A stretch of 64,000 bases of DNA. Source: Candidatus Latescibacterota bacterium (lineage in GTDB: Bacteria > Latescibacterota > UBA2968). Made by a program: the position numbers and the translations under genes. The stretch's first letter is position 1; each line of letters starts with the position of its first letter. This document shows, piece by piece, positions 1 to 10,298 of this stretch. Below the pieces are notes generated by a model. That model ran no database searches. It had not been told where the DNA came from and was given only the letters and a program-made list of their open reading frames with translations. Location of the stretch: contig OZ241986.1 in NCBI GenBank assembly GCA_965204375.1, forward strand, positions 4,256,001 to 4,320,000, in the 5' to 3' direction.

Positions 1-23
1 CTTCAGAGACTGCTGCAAAGCAA

Positions 24-55
24 TGGTGCGTTCTCTCAATTGAGAGAACGCACCA
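24..55. repeat. Perfect 32-bp palindrome just downstream of the Cache gene (terminator/REP-like)
   Basis: TGGTGCGTTCTCTCAA|TTGAGAGAACGCACCA, no loop. Confidence 0.75.
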
Positions 56-81
56 AACACAGCCATCGCGGTTTTAGCCGA

Positions 82-1689
82 CTACCTGGCCGATAAGTAC
101 ACCGACGAGAAGATGAGACCGTCGTGTAAGATCGCCCATATATGCATCAGATCTGTCTCAGCAGTGAGCGGATTGGAGAATGCGTGTTGGGACCATTGCC
201 CTTCCTCGGTGGTGGCACTTATCCTCTCACTAACCTGGCCGATAAGGTCCGGCCTGATGGGATTCGCGAGGATCACGCTGTTCGCGTCGGTCAGGATCAG
301 AAACCACTTCCCGTCAAAGCTCTCCGAGCTGTTATAATACGCCACCGTCGCGTCCCGACCATTCTCTTTGTAGTACTCTATCGCCTTGGCGACATAAGCC
401 TGTGTGTAGGCCCTCGGATCTTCCTCCTCTGCGTAGTAGCCCGAAGCGAAGATCATCCCATCGTGGCGCACCGCATAAGCGACCTTCGGCACCTCTAACA
501 AGGAGGTGGGATGCGGCCACAGGTACTCCACCCAGTGTCCTTCCTCTGTCGCCTTGGCAATCTCCTTTCCCAATTCGTACCCATCCGAACCCACCACACC
601 CTTGATATCCGTACCAATGAGGTTCCGGAACAGAGGATGGACGATGTAGAGATCGTTGGCATCCATCACAAACAGATACCACTGCCCCTCAAAACTCGCC
701 ACACTATTATAGTAGTGCTTCAGCGCCTCCAGGCCATCGCTATCATAACGCGCGATGGCACTCTTGACATACGCGACCGTGTACTCACGCGGGTCGGCGT
801 CCTTCCATGCCGGCGGTTCAGCATTCGGATCGGGCGTGTAATAACCCGACGCAAAGATGAGACCATCGTGCCGAATCACCCACGCGCTCTTCGGCTCTTC
901 AATGCCGGTAACGGGGTTCGGCCACAGGTAATTGACCCAGTGCCCCTCCTCTGTCGCCTCCGCTATCTCCTTACCCAACTCCTGACCGTCCGATCCCACC
1001 ACATCCTTGATGTCCGTGCCCTTCAGGTGCGGAAAAATCGGATGTGCCAGATAGATGTCGTTCTCGTCAATCAGGAACAGGTAGAAATGACCATCCACAC
1101 TCTCCCGGCTATCGTAATAGGCCACCGTCGCCTCTCGTCCCTCGCGGTCGTACATGGCGATGGCCTTCCCCACGTAGTCCTGCGTAAAGTCGGCGAGATT
1201 CTCGCGGATGATAAAATGGCCGGAGAGAAAGATCAGATCACCGTGCAGGATCGCAAAGTTCAACCTCGGCTCCTGCTGTTGGGTGGCGGGGTTGAACGCA
1301 AGACTTTCGGCCCAGAGACCCTCTACGTTCACCTTCGCGATACGACTCCCCAAAGGGGTATCGGGCGCGGTATGGGTGTTGGACCCCTTCAAATTAGGCA
1401 ACAAAGCATTGGCCAAGACGACCTGATCACCCGCTCGCAATATCATCATGGCCCGCTCGCCTTCAATGCTCTCCCTGCTGTTGTAATACGCCACCGTCGC
1501 CTCCAGACCTTCGCGCTTATAGCGTTCAATACCCGCTTCCACATAAGCCCGTGTCAACGCACGCGGATCGGTTGACATATCCCCGGTCATAGCCTCTTTA
1601 CGCTCCTGCGGCACCTCATCACCGCCACAACCAAACATCACACCTGCAACGAGTGCCATCACGACCATACTGCATAGACTTCGCAACAT
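82..1689 (-). CDS. Lipoprotein made of four tandem Cache (sCache_2-like) domains
   Basis: SD GAGGAGG before ATG 1689; lipobox-like MFGC; four repeats of YV..AI..Y...G.EA...YYN...Y.F..D....AHP...G.W..Y.WP.P...K....HDG.IF.SGY; no output domain. Confidence 0.8.
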   Translation of the reverse strand: MLRSLCSMVVMALVAGVMFGCGGDEVPQERKEAMTGDMSTDPRALTRAYVEAGIERYKREGLEATVAYYNSRESIEGERAMMILRAGDQVVLANALLPNLKGSNTHTAPDTPLGSRIAKVNVEGLWAESLAFNPATQQQEPRLNFAILHGDLIFLSGHFIIRENLADFTQDYVGKAIAMYDREGREATVAYYDSRESVDGHFYLFLIDENDIYLAHPIFPHLKGTDIKDVVGSDGQELGKEIAEATEEGHWVNYLWPNPVTGIEEPKSAWVIRHDGLIFASGYYTPDPNAEPPAWKDADPREYTVAYVKSAIARYDSDGLEALKHYYNSVASFEGQWYLFVMDANDLYIVHPLFRNLIGTDIKGVVGSDGYELGKEIAKATEEGHWVEYLWPHPTSLLEVPKVAYAVRHDGMIFASGYYAEEEDPRAYTQAYVAKAIEYYKENGRDATVAYYNSSESFDGKWFLILTDANSVILANPIRPDLIGQVSERISATTEEGQWSQHAFSNPLTAETDLMHIWAILHDGLIFSSVYLSAR

Positions 1690-1786
1690 AACAACCCTCC
1701 TCAAGAGATGGTTTCTCAACACCTATTAATTAAAGCCAAAATAATTTTATTGCAAACAAAAATCCACGACCTTTATCAGCCACTTC

Positions 1787-2707
1787 TCACGCTCTCGGAT
1801 GAAACGTCCGGTGCACCTCCTTCAAATACTCCCGATCGACATGGGTATAAATCTGCGTCGTCGAAATATCCGCGTGCCCCAGCATCTCTTGCACCGCTCG
1901 CAAATCCGCACCCCCCTCCAGCAAATGCGTCGCAAAAGAATGCCGCAGCGTATGCGGACTCACCTTCTTCTCCAATCCCGCCAGCACCACATATTGTCTC
2001 AACACCTTCCACACGCCCATCCGCGACAACGGACCACCGCGAAAATTCAAAAACACCTCAGACCCGGTATGCGGCTTGACCAACTCTGGACGCACCGCCT
2101 GCAAATACGCCGTCACCCACGCAATCCCCTCTGACCCTATCGGCACCACGCGCTCGCGCCCGCCCTTGCCCAGCACCCGAACCACCTCCACATCAAACAG
2201 CAAATCCACCTGCGACAACCCGATCAACTCCGACACCCGCAACCCCGCCCCGTAAAGCATCTCTATAAGCGCGCGATCCCGCAGCCCCAGGGGCGTCTCC
2301 ACATCTGGCGCCAGCATCAACCGCTCAACCTCGTAAATATTCAGCACCGAAGGCAACTTTCGCCCCAACCTCGGCGGCTTCACATGCTCTGTCGGATCCC
2401 GATGTACAAGCCCCTCCCCTATCAAAAACCTGTGAAACATCCGCACCGCCGTCAAATTCCGCGCTACACTCGACGCCTCCAGCCCCATCTCCGAAAGCAA
2501 ATCCAACAATGCGGACACCTCCGCCTGAGAAATTGCATCCGGCGCATCGATCCCCAAATCCGTCAACAGTGTCAAATACCTGCTCAAATCGCGTTCATAA
2601 GCACGCGCCGTATTATCCGACAACCCGCGCTCCAGCGTCACAGAATCGAGAAACCGCTGCAATGCGCGCGCCAGTTCCGGGGCAATTTGTATCTGGTCTA
2701 TAGACAT
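1787..2707 (-). CDS. xerD: Tyrosine recombinase XerD
   Basis: ERGLS.NT..AY.RDL, RDRAL.E.LYG.GLRVSEL, GKG..ER.VP, SPHTLRHSFATHLLEGGADLR.VQEMLGHADISTTQIYTHV, HPRA C-end. Confidence 0.95.
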   Translation of the reverse strand: MSIDQIQIAPELARALQRFLDSVTLERGLSDNTARAYERDLSRYLTLLTDLGIDAPDAISQAEVSALLDLLSEMGLEASSVARNLTAVRMFHRFLIGEGLVHRDPTEHVKPPRLGRKLPSVLNIYEVERLMLAPDVETPLGLRDRALIEMLYGAGLRVSELIGLSQVDLLFDVEVVRVLGKGGRERVVPIGSEGIAWVTAYLQAVRPELVKPHTGSEVFLNFRGGPLSRMGVWKVLRQYVVLAGLEKKVSPHTLRHSFATHLLEGGADLRAVQEMLGHADISTTQIYTHVDREYLKEVHRTFHPRA

Positions 2708-2761
2708 GGCGTATCACCATCATTTTTTAAAAAAAAGTGACCAAAAATTAGTCTTGTCGAA

Positions 2762-2799
2762 AGACAAAAAGCACTTGGCAGAACAAGTGCTTTTTGTCT
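2762..2799. terminator. Bidirectional intrinsic terminator-like hairpin
   Basis: AGACAAAAAGCACTTG-N6-CAAGTGCTTTTTGTCT. Confidence 0.7.
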
Positions 2800-2884
2800 C
2801 AATAAACTATGAATATACTTAACTGATGCGCTTCAATATCTCTTTGAGTGTCTCATCTATACCGTCCAAAGGTGGTCGGGTATA

Positions 2885-3187
2885 TTATTGCTCACCGCAT
2901 GGTGGATCGTATTGATCTCTAATCTTGGCCTCGATACTCTTTCTTTGGCTTGTTGGACAATAGTAAGCAGCATAGTGGCTATACTGATTTTGTATCCAAC
3001 AGATTTTTCTATTATGATTAGATATTCTGTCCAGAATGTGTGCCGACTGACCCACGTCAATAATGTTGTAAGAAGAGATATTTGAGAACGATCTTTTAAG
3101 AACACAATAAACACCTGATGTATTATTCAAATTATATATAGATGTATAGGGTCCTTCAAACCTATATCCGCCTATAATAATTGACAT
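2885..3187 (-). CDS. Small GIY-YIG-like nuclease-superfamily protein
   Basis: SGVY...IDVGQS..I.DR...H...E..IR....P.C motif order; AT-rich. Confidence 0.6.
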   Translation of the reverse strand: MSIIIGGYRFEGPYTSIYNLNNTSGVYCVLKRSFSNISSYNIIDVGQSAHILDRISNHNRKICWIQNQYSHYAAYYCPTSQRKSIEAKIRDQYDPPCGEQ

Positions 3188-3200
3188 TTTATCGCCTCTA

Positions 3201-3524
3201 TTATTTAGGTGTAGTCACAGGTGCATTGGATGTAATTACAGGCGGATCGGAAAAGAAAGCTAATTTTACCAGACTTACAGCAACCGTCACAACAAGAATA
3301 CCAATCATAGCCAAAAGAAGTCTATTATTATGTTTTATCCACCTCTCAGCAGAGTCATTGCTATGCTTCATCCACCTCTCAGCAGAGTCATGATAATTCC
3401 TAAACCAATTTTCAGAGGCTGCCAAGTGGTATCGTATCCACTCCTCATTAGATTTAATCGGTTGTTCATAAACCTCTTTAGACTCGTTCGAATACCTCTC
3501 CTGGTCTTCTTTGCTTTGCGACAT
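3201..3524 (-). CDS. Small membrane-anchored protein with 11-aa repeats
   Basis: SAERW(M/I)KH.N repeats (33-bp period), C-terminal hydrophobic helix, SD AAGGAAG. Confidence 0.6.
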   Translation of the reverse strand: MSQSKEDQERYSNESKEVYEQPIKSNEEWIRYHLAASENWFRNYHDSAERWMKHSNDSAERWIKHNNRLLLAMIGILVVTVAVSLVKLAFFSDPPVITSNAPVTTPK

Positions 3525-3583
3525 TAAGATCACTTCCTTTGTTTAATTTTTTTTTATCGAGATATGACAACCAAACAATACGC

Positions 3584-4060
3584 TTAAGGAGATGGCGGCA
3601 CGATAAACTTTAGCACAAATGTCAAAATAGCAACCGCAATCCCCGCAGTCCAATAGAGTCGCGTCGCAATGGTGTCAAATTTCCCATCAATATGTTGCCT
3701 TAATTCTTTTTGTTCATCTTGAATATGTTGCCTTAATTCTTTTTGTTCATCTTGAATATGTTGCCTTAATTCTTTTTGTTCATCTTGAATATGTTGCCTT
3801 AATTCTTTTTGTTCATCTTGAATACTCGTCAACGTGTTATCGACACGCTCGACAATTATTTCCAGCTTAACAAGTCGATTATCGAGTTTATTGATCACTT
3901 TCTCATTTTGTTCTATACGCTTATCGTTCTGATCAATACGGACTTCTAATCTTTTCAATGTCTCAACCTGATTCGTATTGTGTGTCTCCAACTTTTGAAA
4001 ATATTTATCAAAAGCCTGAAACACCTCCTGGGATTCTGCTGAAGATGGTGTATCTGCCAT
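3584..4060 (-). CDS. Coiled-coil protein with 11-aa tandem repeats and C-terminal TM (Bdr/DUF1640-like architecture)
   Basis: IQDEQKELRQH x4 (33-bp tandem 3690-3822); SD AGGAGG; TM LYWTAGIAVAILTFVL. Confidence 0.75.
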   Translation of the reverse strand: MADTPSSAESQEVFQAFDKYFQKLETHNTNQVETLKRLEVRIDQNDKRIEQNEKVINKLDNRLVKLEIIVERVDNTLTSIQDEQKELRQHIQDEQKELRQHIQDEQKELRQHIQDEQKELRQHIDGKFDTIATRLYWTAGIAVAILTFVLKFIVPPSP

Positions 4061-4223
4061 GATCTGTCCTCCTATAACAAACAACCAGTCTCATAAAATA
4101 ACCTGATGTTGTCAACCAAAAAACTCATACCTATCCACAGGTAAATATGATAAGTTAGCGCCCCAAAGTCAACCGTCTGGAACCTGACCCCCTACAATTG
4201 CAAATACTGGATTGCGGCCATAA

Positions 4224-4357
4224 AAGTAAGAAGGGAGAAGTTAGAAGTTAGAAATCCGCCTAACACCACCCTAAACAGGTATCTTTTCACCCTTCACACT
4301 TCACACTTCACACTTCACACTTCTCACTTCACCCTTCTCACTTCACACTTCTCACTT
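4224..4357. repeat. Heptamer tandem repeats in inverted arrangement: (GAAGTTA)n ... (TTCACAC)n
   Basis: Visible directly; same family recurs at 40577-40766. Confidence 0.85.
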
Positions 4358-6163
4358 CCTCAACCCCTCACAAATCACCTCAGCCAGCCTCAACCCCACC
4401 CCCTCGACCTCTGCCACCTCTTCAACCTCTGCTTCTCGGATCCGCTTCACCGAACCGAAATGCTTCAACAGTGCGATGCGACGCGACGGACCCACCCCTG
4501 GAATCTCGTCCAACTCCGACGTCAGCGTCCGCTTCTGGCGCAACTTGCGGTGGTATTCAATCGCAAACCGATGCGACTCATCGCGCAACATCTGCAACAA
4601 CTTCAACGACGACGACGACTTCGGAATATTCTGCGGATCGGACAGCCCCGGCAAAAACACCTCCTCCAACCGCTTCGCCAGCCCGATCACCGGCTGATCT
4701 TCAATCCCCAACGCCCGCAGCGCTTCAACCGCGCTCGAAAGCTGACCCTTACCCCCATCGACCAACAGCAAATCCGGAAAAGGCTTCCCCTCCTCCATCA
4801 GCCGCTTAAACCGCCGCGTCACCACCTGCTGCATCATCGCAAAATCATTGGGACCCTCCAACCCCGTAATTTTAAAATGCCGGTACTCGCGCTTTCGCGC
4901 CCTGCCATCCACAAAACACACCAGCGACGCCACCGGATCCGACCCCTGAATATTTGAAATATCCACCGCCTCGATCCACCGCGGCGGCTTCTCCAGATGC
5001 AAATCCCGCTGAAGCGCCTGCACCGCTGCCGGCACTTGCGACCTGCGATTCTCGCGCTTCAACCGCCGCTCCGACAACAACAGCCGCGCATTATTCTCCG
5101 CCATCTTAATCAGCCGAAACTTATCCCCCCGCTGGGGCACGCGCATCTCAACCCCGCCCTCTGAACGCTCTGTAAGCCAATCGAGCACCGTCTCCCGATC
5201 CTCGATATCACCCGGCAGGCACACCTCTCGCGGCACAAACGTAGCCGTCGCGTAAAACAACTGCACAAATTTTGAAACCACCTCCTCTTCAGACGCATCG
5301 AGCACCCCGCCGAGAAAATAATTCTGCCGCCCGATCAACCGCCCATCGCGCACCTCCATCACCACTCCGCAAGCCTCGTCATCCTCCCGCGCAATCGCAA
5401 TCGCATCCCAATCCGTCAACTCATTAGACACCACCTTTTGCCGACTCGCGGCTTGTTCCAGCGCCTGAATGCGATCCCGATAAATCGCCGCCTCCTCGTA
5501 CCTCAGCGCCTCTGCCGCCCGCTTCATCCGCTCGACAAGCGTCACTTTCACCTGCGTGTGCCGCCCCGTCAAAAACAACACCGCCTCATCCACAATTTTT
5601 TGATACGCCTCTGCCACAATCAACCCCTCGCACGGCCCGTCGCACCGCTTGATCTCGTAATCCAGACACAACCGCACATTGGCCTTTGGCAAATCGTAAT
5701 CACAACTCCGAATCCGAAACAACCGGTGCATCGTCTCCACCATGCGCCGCATCGCCCGCACATCCGTATAAGGCCCCAAATAGCGCGACCCATCCTTCAC
5801 CACATCGCGCGTCACCACAACGCGGGGAAACGCCTCCTTTGTAATGCGGATATACGGATACTTCTTATCGTCCTTCAAACTGATATTGTAGCGCGGCTTG
5901 TGTGCCTTGATCAAATTCGCCTCTAAAATCAACGCCTCCAACTCCGTATCCGTAACAATATATTCCAAATCGCGCACATTGCGAACGATTGCCCGAAACT
6001 GCCGCCGCCCGTCATGGGCATTCGGACGAAAATACTGCTGCACCCGGCTGCGCAACACCTTTGCCTTGCCGATATAGATAATCTGCCCTTCATCGCCCTT
6101 CATCATGTACACACCAGGCTCTCTGGGCATCAGTGCAACAACACCGTCGATATGCGCGCTCAT
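4352..6163 (-). CDS. uvrC: Excinuclease ABC subunit C
   Basis: N-terminal GIY-YIG (PGVY..YIGKAK.LR.RV), UVR, RNase H-like (DISN, DGGKGQ, RDESHRFA), HhH. Confidence 0.97.
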   Translation of the reverse strand: MSAHIDGVVALMPREPGVYMMKGDEGQIIYIGKAKVLRSRVQQYFRPNAHDGRRQFRAIVRNVRDLEYIVTDTELEALILEANLIKAHKPRYNISLKDDKKYPYIRITKEAFPRVVVTRDVVKDGSRYLGPYTDVRAMRRMVETMHRLFRIRSCDYDLPKANVRLCLDYEIKRCDGPCEGLIVAEAYQKIVDEAVLFLTGRHTQVKVTLVERMKRAAEALRYEEAAIYRDRIQALEQAASRQKVVSNELTDWDAIAIAREDDEACGVVMEVRDGRLIGRQNYFLGGVLDASEEEVVSKFVQLFYATATFVPREVCLPGDIEDRETVLDWLTERSEGGVEMRVPQRGDKFRLIKMAENNARLLLSERRLKRENRRSQVPAAVQALQRDLHLEKPPRWIEAVDISNIQGSDPVASLVCFVDGRARKREYRHFKITGLEGPNDFAMMQQVVTRRFKRLMEEGKPFPDLLLVDGGKGQLSSAVEALRALGIEDQPVIGLAKRLEEVFLPGLSDPQNIPKSSSSLKLLQMLRDESHRFAIEYHRKLRQKRTLTSELDEIPGVGPSRRIALLKHFGSVKRIREAEVEEVAEVEGVGLRLAEVICEGLRK

Positions 6164-6175
6164 ATTGCACCTCCC

Positions 6176-6670
6176 CTACAAATCCACAATCTCCACATCC
6201 ATCGCATTCAGATCCAGAATCCCCACCGTCTCTCTCCCCGTCGTCCACCCGCACGCCTCCCCCGGATTGATCACCAGCGTATCGCCTCTTCGCACATCGA
6301 TCTCGTGCGTATGCCCGTAAAAAATCACATCATAAGCACCGCTCTGTGATAGGGCATCCACCTCATCTGGCTCGTGCAACATCAAAATGCGCTTGCCCTC
6401 CCATTCGTGTACATAAGGCGGGCGGTGAATCGGACCCAGATCTTCAAAAAGCGCCCGCAAACCGAACTTCTCCCCATCATTATTCCCAAAAACCCCGACA
6501 AAAGGCACCGTCAAACCGCCCATCCAGCGCGCATTAAACGGCGCGATATAATCCCCCCCGTGCAGCACCAGCCCCACATCGCGCGCATTAAAAAGTGCCA
6601 CAGCCTTCTCAACCGCGTGTTTATTATCGTGTGTATCCGTAATCAAACCGACAAGATGTGCTTTTCCCAT
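6176..6670 (-). CDS. YfcE/MJ0936-type metallophosphoesterase
   Basis: DTHDN, H.GD, GNND, GHTH, INPG motifs. Confidence 0.9.
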   Translation of the reverse strand: MGKAHLVGLITDTHDNKHAVEKAVALFNARDVGLVLHGGDYIAPFNARWMGGLTVPFVGVFGNNDGEKFGLRALFEDLGPIHRPPYVHEWEGKRILMLHEPDEVDALSQSGAYDVIFYGHTHEIDVRRGDTLVINPGEACGWTTGRETVGILDLNAMDVEIVDL

Positions 6671-6815
6671 GATTAGACTCCTGTTATCAGGTTAATTCTT
6701 CTGAAATAATTCACTTCACATTATATATATGCATTAAATTTCCCAAAAAAAACAAAAAATCGTATCTTTACCCCTGATAGACCTCAACAGCTAAGTTTAC
6801 AGGAGCAAATCCCCC

Positions 6816-7694
6816 ATGCCCATATTAAAAATCGGCCTTCCCTCTGGAAGCCTTCAGGAATCCACGCTCACCCTGTTTGCCAAAGCCGGGTATCGCATCC
6901 GCACCAGCCACCGGTCCTACACGCCCGTCATTGACGACCCCGAACTCGAGGGCTTATTTCTGCGCGCCCAGGAAATCGCGCACTACGTCGAACGCGGCGT
7001 CCTCGACATTGGACTCACCGGCATTGACTGGATCCTGGAAAACGAAGCCGACATCATCGAAATCGCCGAATTTGCCTACAGCAAAACCACATCGCAACCC
7101 GCGCGCTGGATCATCGCAGTACCCGAAGACTCGGACATCCAGACCGTCCAGGACCTGCAGGGCAAGCGCATCGCCACCGAACTCGTCACAGCCACGCGCA
7201 ACCACCTCAAAAACCACGGCATAACCGCCGAAGTCGAATACTCCTGGGGATCTACCGAAGCCAAAGTCCGCGTACCCGGCCTCGTCGATGCCATCGCCGA
7301 ACTCACCGAAACCGGATCCTCTCTGCGCGCCAACAACCTGCGCGTCATAGACACCATGTTTGAAACCACGCCCAGACTCATCGCCAACAAAAATGCCTAT
7401 AACGATGCGTGGAAACGCGAAAAAGCGCAACACATCGCCACCTTGCTCATCGGCGCATTCAACGCCGAAGACAAAGTCGGCCTCAAAATGAACGTACGCC
7501 GCGCCGACCTCGCGCAAATCGTCAAAAACTTACCCGCGCTCAACAACCCCACCATCGCCAACTTACTCGACGAAAACTGGGTCGCCATCGAAGTCATCGT
7601 CGATGAACGCATCGTGCGCGACCTCATACCAAAACTCAAAAAATCGGGCGCCGAAGGCATCATCGAATATCCCTTAAACAAAGTGATTTACTGA
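6816..7694 (+). CDS. hisG: ATP phosphoribosyltransferase (long form)
   Basis: LP.GSL, RAQEI..YV..G.LD.G.TG.DW, WG.TE, ETGSSL..N.L, C-terminal ACT-like domain. Confidence 0.95.
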   Translation: MPILKIGLPSGSLQESTLTLFAKAGYRIRTSHRSYTPVIDDPELEGLFLRAQEIAHYVERGVLDIGLTGIDWILENEADIIEIAEFAYSKTTSQPARWIIAVPEDSDIQTVQDLQGKRIATELVTATRNHLKNHGITAEVEYSWGSTEAKVRVPGLVDAIAELTETGSSLRANNLRVIDTMFETTPRLIANKNAYNDAWKREKAQHIATLLIGAFNAEDKVGLKMNVRRADLAQIVKNLPALNNPTIANLLDENWVAIEVIVDERIVRDLIPKLKKSGAEGIIEYPLNKVIY

Positions 7695-7700
7695 AAACCC

Positions 7701-7836
7701 CTGTCTGGATCAGGATTCTCAGGATGAAAGGATGAACAGGATAAAAGCAAAAGCAAAACCTCTGGATCGCGGCTCAACATCATGCCGCAATGACAACCAC
7801 CGTTCGTCACGCCTGAGAAAGCAGGCGTCCAGTGGA
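7701..7836. repeat. Composite intergenic repeat (AGGATG-type + GGATCGCGG..CCGCAATGAC palindrome + GTCACGCCTG..CAGGCGTCCA)
   Basis: Modules shared with 11573-12035, 13160-13346, 21069-21168, 27254-27452. Confidence 0.85.
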
Positions 7837-7880
7837 TTAAAACAATAAACTTATTTGACAAGTATTCAGGAACCTAACCC

Positions 7881-10298
7881 ATGCGTGGGATCAGGGAGCA
7901 GATCAAAATTTCGCACTGTGTAATATTATGCATCATACTGGGCTGTTCGCTGCGCTTTGTGGGATTGACCAGAGGAGACAGTTCGTTTGTAATAGACGGG
8001 GCAAGCCAATATGAGAGAGCATTTTACCATTTCCATCCCGACGAAACGGCCCTCATCCAGGCCGCTTTAGATCCCATTGATCCCCTCGCCCCCAAAATCA
8101 CCAGCTATGGTATGCTGCCCATCTATCTTTTGCGAGGCGTACTGGAATTTAACAACACTATTCTCGGTCAGGACTTTACAAACCAGAAATCACCTGATAG
8201 GGTCCGATACGTATATTTCACCGCTCGTATCCTGGCGGTACTGGTTTCTTGTCTGACCCTGTATTTGGTCTGGTTATTGGGTGCCCGGTGGTTCAATGAT
8301 CTGACAGGTCTGCTCGCTGTTTGCGTCGTAGCCGCAGCCCCAATGGCAATCCAACTGGCCCATTTCTATACCGTAGATGGATTGTTCACACTGCTGATCC
8401 TGGCCACCATGTATGCCCTTTTAAGGGCATTGGAACGACCTGATTGGCGGTGGTTTGTATTGACGGGCATATTGATCGGACTCAGCGGTGCCGTTCGCCT
8501 GATAGGCTTATCAGCGGGGTTTATATTGCTGGTCGGCCATGTCATCCACCAGCGGCAATTAAAGGCAGTTCTGACGCCCTCTATCTGGCTGGCGGGTCTA
8601 TCAGCGGTATTGTGTCTGCTCGCTCTCCAGCCTTTTCTGGTATTGAACTATGATATGATTTTTCAAGACATGAACCCTTACGGTCTGGGTTTTGCGATGA
8701 ACTGGGCGCGAGGAGAATTCCTCACCATCTGGAGCCTGGTAGATATCCACACCATCCCCTATCTGCATCACTGGAGCCATCTGTGGCCTCTGGGGGTGGG
8801 TTGGCCTCTCACCATCCTCTTCATCTTTGGATTATCGTATAGCCTCTGGAAAATAGATCATCAAAAAGGACTGATTCTGCTCTGGATCGGGATCTATTTT
8901 TACGTAATCGGCGGTTTGCAGGCCAAGCCCATAAGGTATCTCCTGCCTATGCTGCCCTTTCTGGCTCTTCTATCGGCGGATTTTTGCATCTGGTTCATCC
9001 GATCCCCTCAATTTGTCAGAGTGCGAAAATTGGCCATAGGGATTTGCGCCGCGGTATTTGTGTACAGCACCATCTACGGCGTTGCTTTTGCCAGCCTCTA
9101 TACCCGGGAAGACAGCCGCATCCAGGCCGCACGCTGGATAGACCAACACATCCCCGCCAACAGCCGAATCGGTGTCGAAAGAGGTGGGTTCTCCATGCGC
9201 GGAATGATCAACTCGGAGAAATATTCCGTTCGTCCGATCAGGATGGGAGCGCTGTTTTTTTTACGTGGATTCGCGACCTGTAAAGTAGAGTTCATCTTTG
9301 TACAGGATCAGCTACGACACCTGGATTACATAGCCATAACAGATATCAACCGCTACCAACAATTCACGGCCGCCCCCGAACTCGTACCGGGCGGTGCGGC
9401 TTTCTACCAGGCACTGGTAGATGGTGAGTTGGGTTTTGATTTGGTCCAGCGCTTCAGGCACCATCCCTCTCTGGGCAGCATCGCGTTCAAAGACGAAGGC
9501 AGTGAACCGACATTTGTCGGATTTGATCACCCGACTGTCATGATTTTCAAAAAAAACACCGCCTATCAACAGGGCATAGCACACCTGCAGAAACAGTCCT
9601 CGACAAATCCCCATTGTGTCGATCCCCTGTTGGAGACAGCCTGTTCCGCCCTTCAGGCAGGAAATCTCGACCAGAGTCTGCTGGCAGCCAGACGAGCGAT
9701 GGAGCAATTTCCCCAATCGAAAATTGCCCATCTCATTGCATCAGAAATACACAGGCAACGGGGAGAAGAAGCCAGAGAACTACATCGGGCATACTGGGCA
9801 GAGGTTGCACAAAATCTGAGTTCGCATTGGCTGCTCTGGGGAAGCGGACAGAGTTTATTGGAATTGGGCCTGACCGATTTGGCTTTGTCCGTGCTCGAGG
9901 AAGGGACTCGGCAAGTCGCCCAGGGTAAGGAAATCGAGGCAGCCAATCTGTATATCGTTCTCGCCTACCGTCTATACAACCGCCAGGAAAAGGAAGAGGC
10001 CGCGAAAGTCTTCTTGTTTTCAACCCAAATTCACCCACTACCTATGACTTATAATTTCCTGGCAAATATCGCTATCGAGGGAGAAGACTACAAACAGGCG
10101 GTAGAATACTTCGAACAATCGCTACAGATAGACGATAAACAAGCTGGTGTACACGTCGCTGTAGGGAAAATCACGGCCCGATTTCTGAACGATCAGCCCA
10201 GAGCACTGTACCACTTTCAAAAGGCACTGGAACTGGATCCCAAATTAGAGGCCGATCTATCCGGATGGGTAGAAATTAAACGAGAATCAATCAAATGA
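7881..10298 (+). CDS. GT-C (GT39/ArnT-like) membrane glycosyltransferase with C-terminal TPRs
   Basis: HFHPDE loop, many TM helices, AHFYTVD, RYLLP, TPR-like C-terminus. Confidence 0.8.
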   Translation: MRGIREQIKISHCVILCIILGCSLRFVGLTRGDSSFVIDGASQYERAFYHFHPDETALIQAALDPIDPLAPKITSYGMLPIYLLRGVLEFNNTILGQDFTNQKSPDRVRYVYFTARILAVLVSCLTLYLVWLLGARWFNDLTGLLAVCVVAAAPMAIQLAHFYTVDGLFTLLILATMYALLRALERPDWRWFVLTGILIGLSGAVRLIGLSAGFILLVGHVIHQRQLKAVLTPSIWLAGLSAVLCLLALQPFLVLNYDMIFQDMNPYGLGFAMNWARGEFLTIWSLVDIHTIPYLHHWSHLWPLGVGWPLTILFIFGLSYSLWKIDHQKGLILLWIGIYFYVIGGLQAKPIRYLLPMLPFLALLSADFCIWFIRSPQFVRVRKLAIGICAAVFVYSTIYGVAFASLYTREDSRIQAARWIDQHIPANSRIGVERGGFSMRGMINSEKYSVRPIRMGALFFLRGFATCKVEFIFVQDQLRHLDYIAITDINRYQQFTAAPELVPGGAAFYQALVDGELGFDLVQRFRHHPSLGSIAFKDEGSEPTFVGFDHPTVMIFKKNTAYQQGIAHLQKQSSTNPHCVDPLLETACSALQAGNLDQSLLAARRAMEQFPQSKIAHLIASEIHRQRGEEARELHRAYWAEVAQNLSSHWLLWGSGQSLLELGLTDLALSVLEEGTRQVAQGKEIEAANLYIVLAYRLYNRQEKEEAAKVFLFSTQIHPLPMTYNFLANIAIEGEDYKQAVEYFEQSLQIDDKQAGVHVAVGKITARFLNDQPRALYHFQKALELDPKLEADLSGWVEIKRESIK

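Noticed and set aside
511-1575. Long antisense ORFs (also 13758-14609, 37415-38479, 42080-42961)
   Set aside because: Shadows of well-supported genes on the opposite strand
1787-2707. Island integrase
   Set aside because: Canonical housekeeping XerD with backbone composition, far from the island
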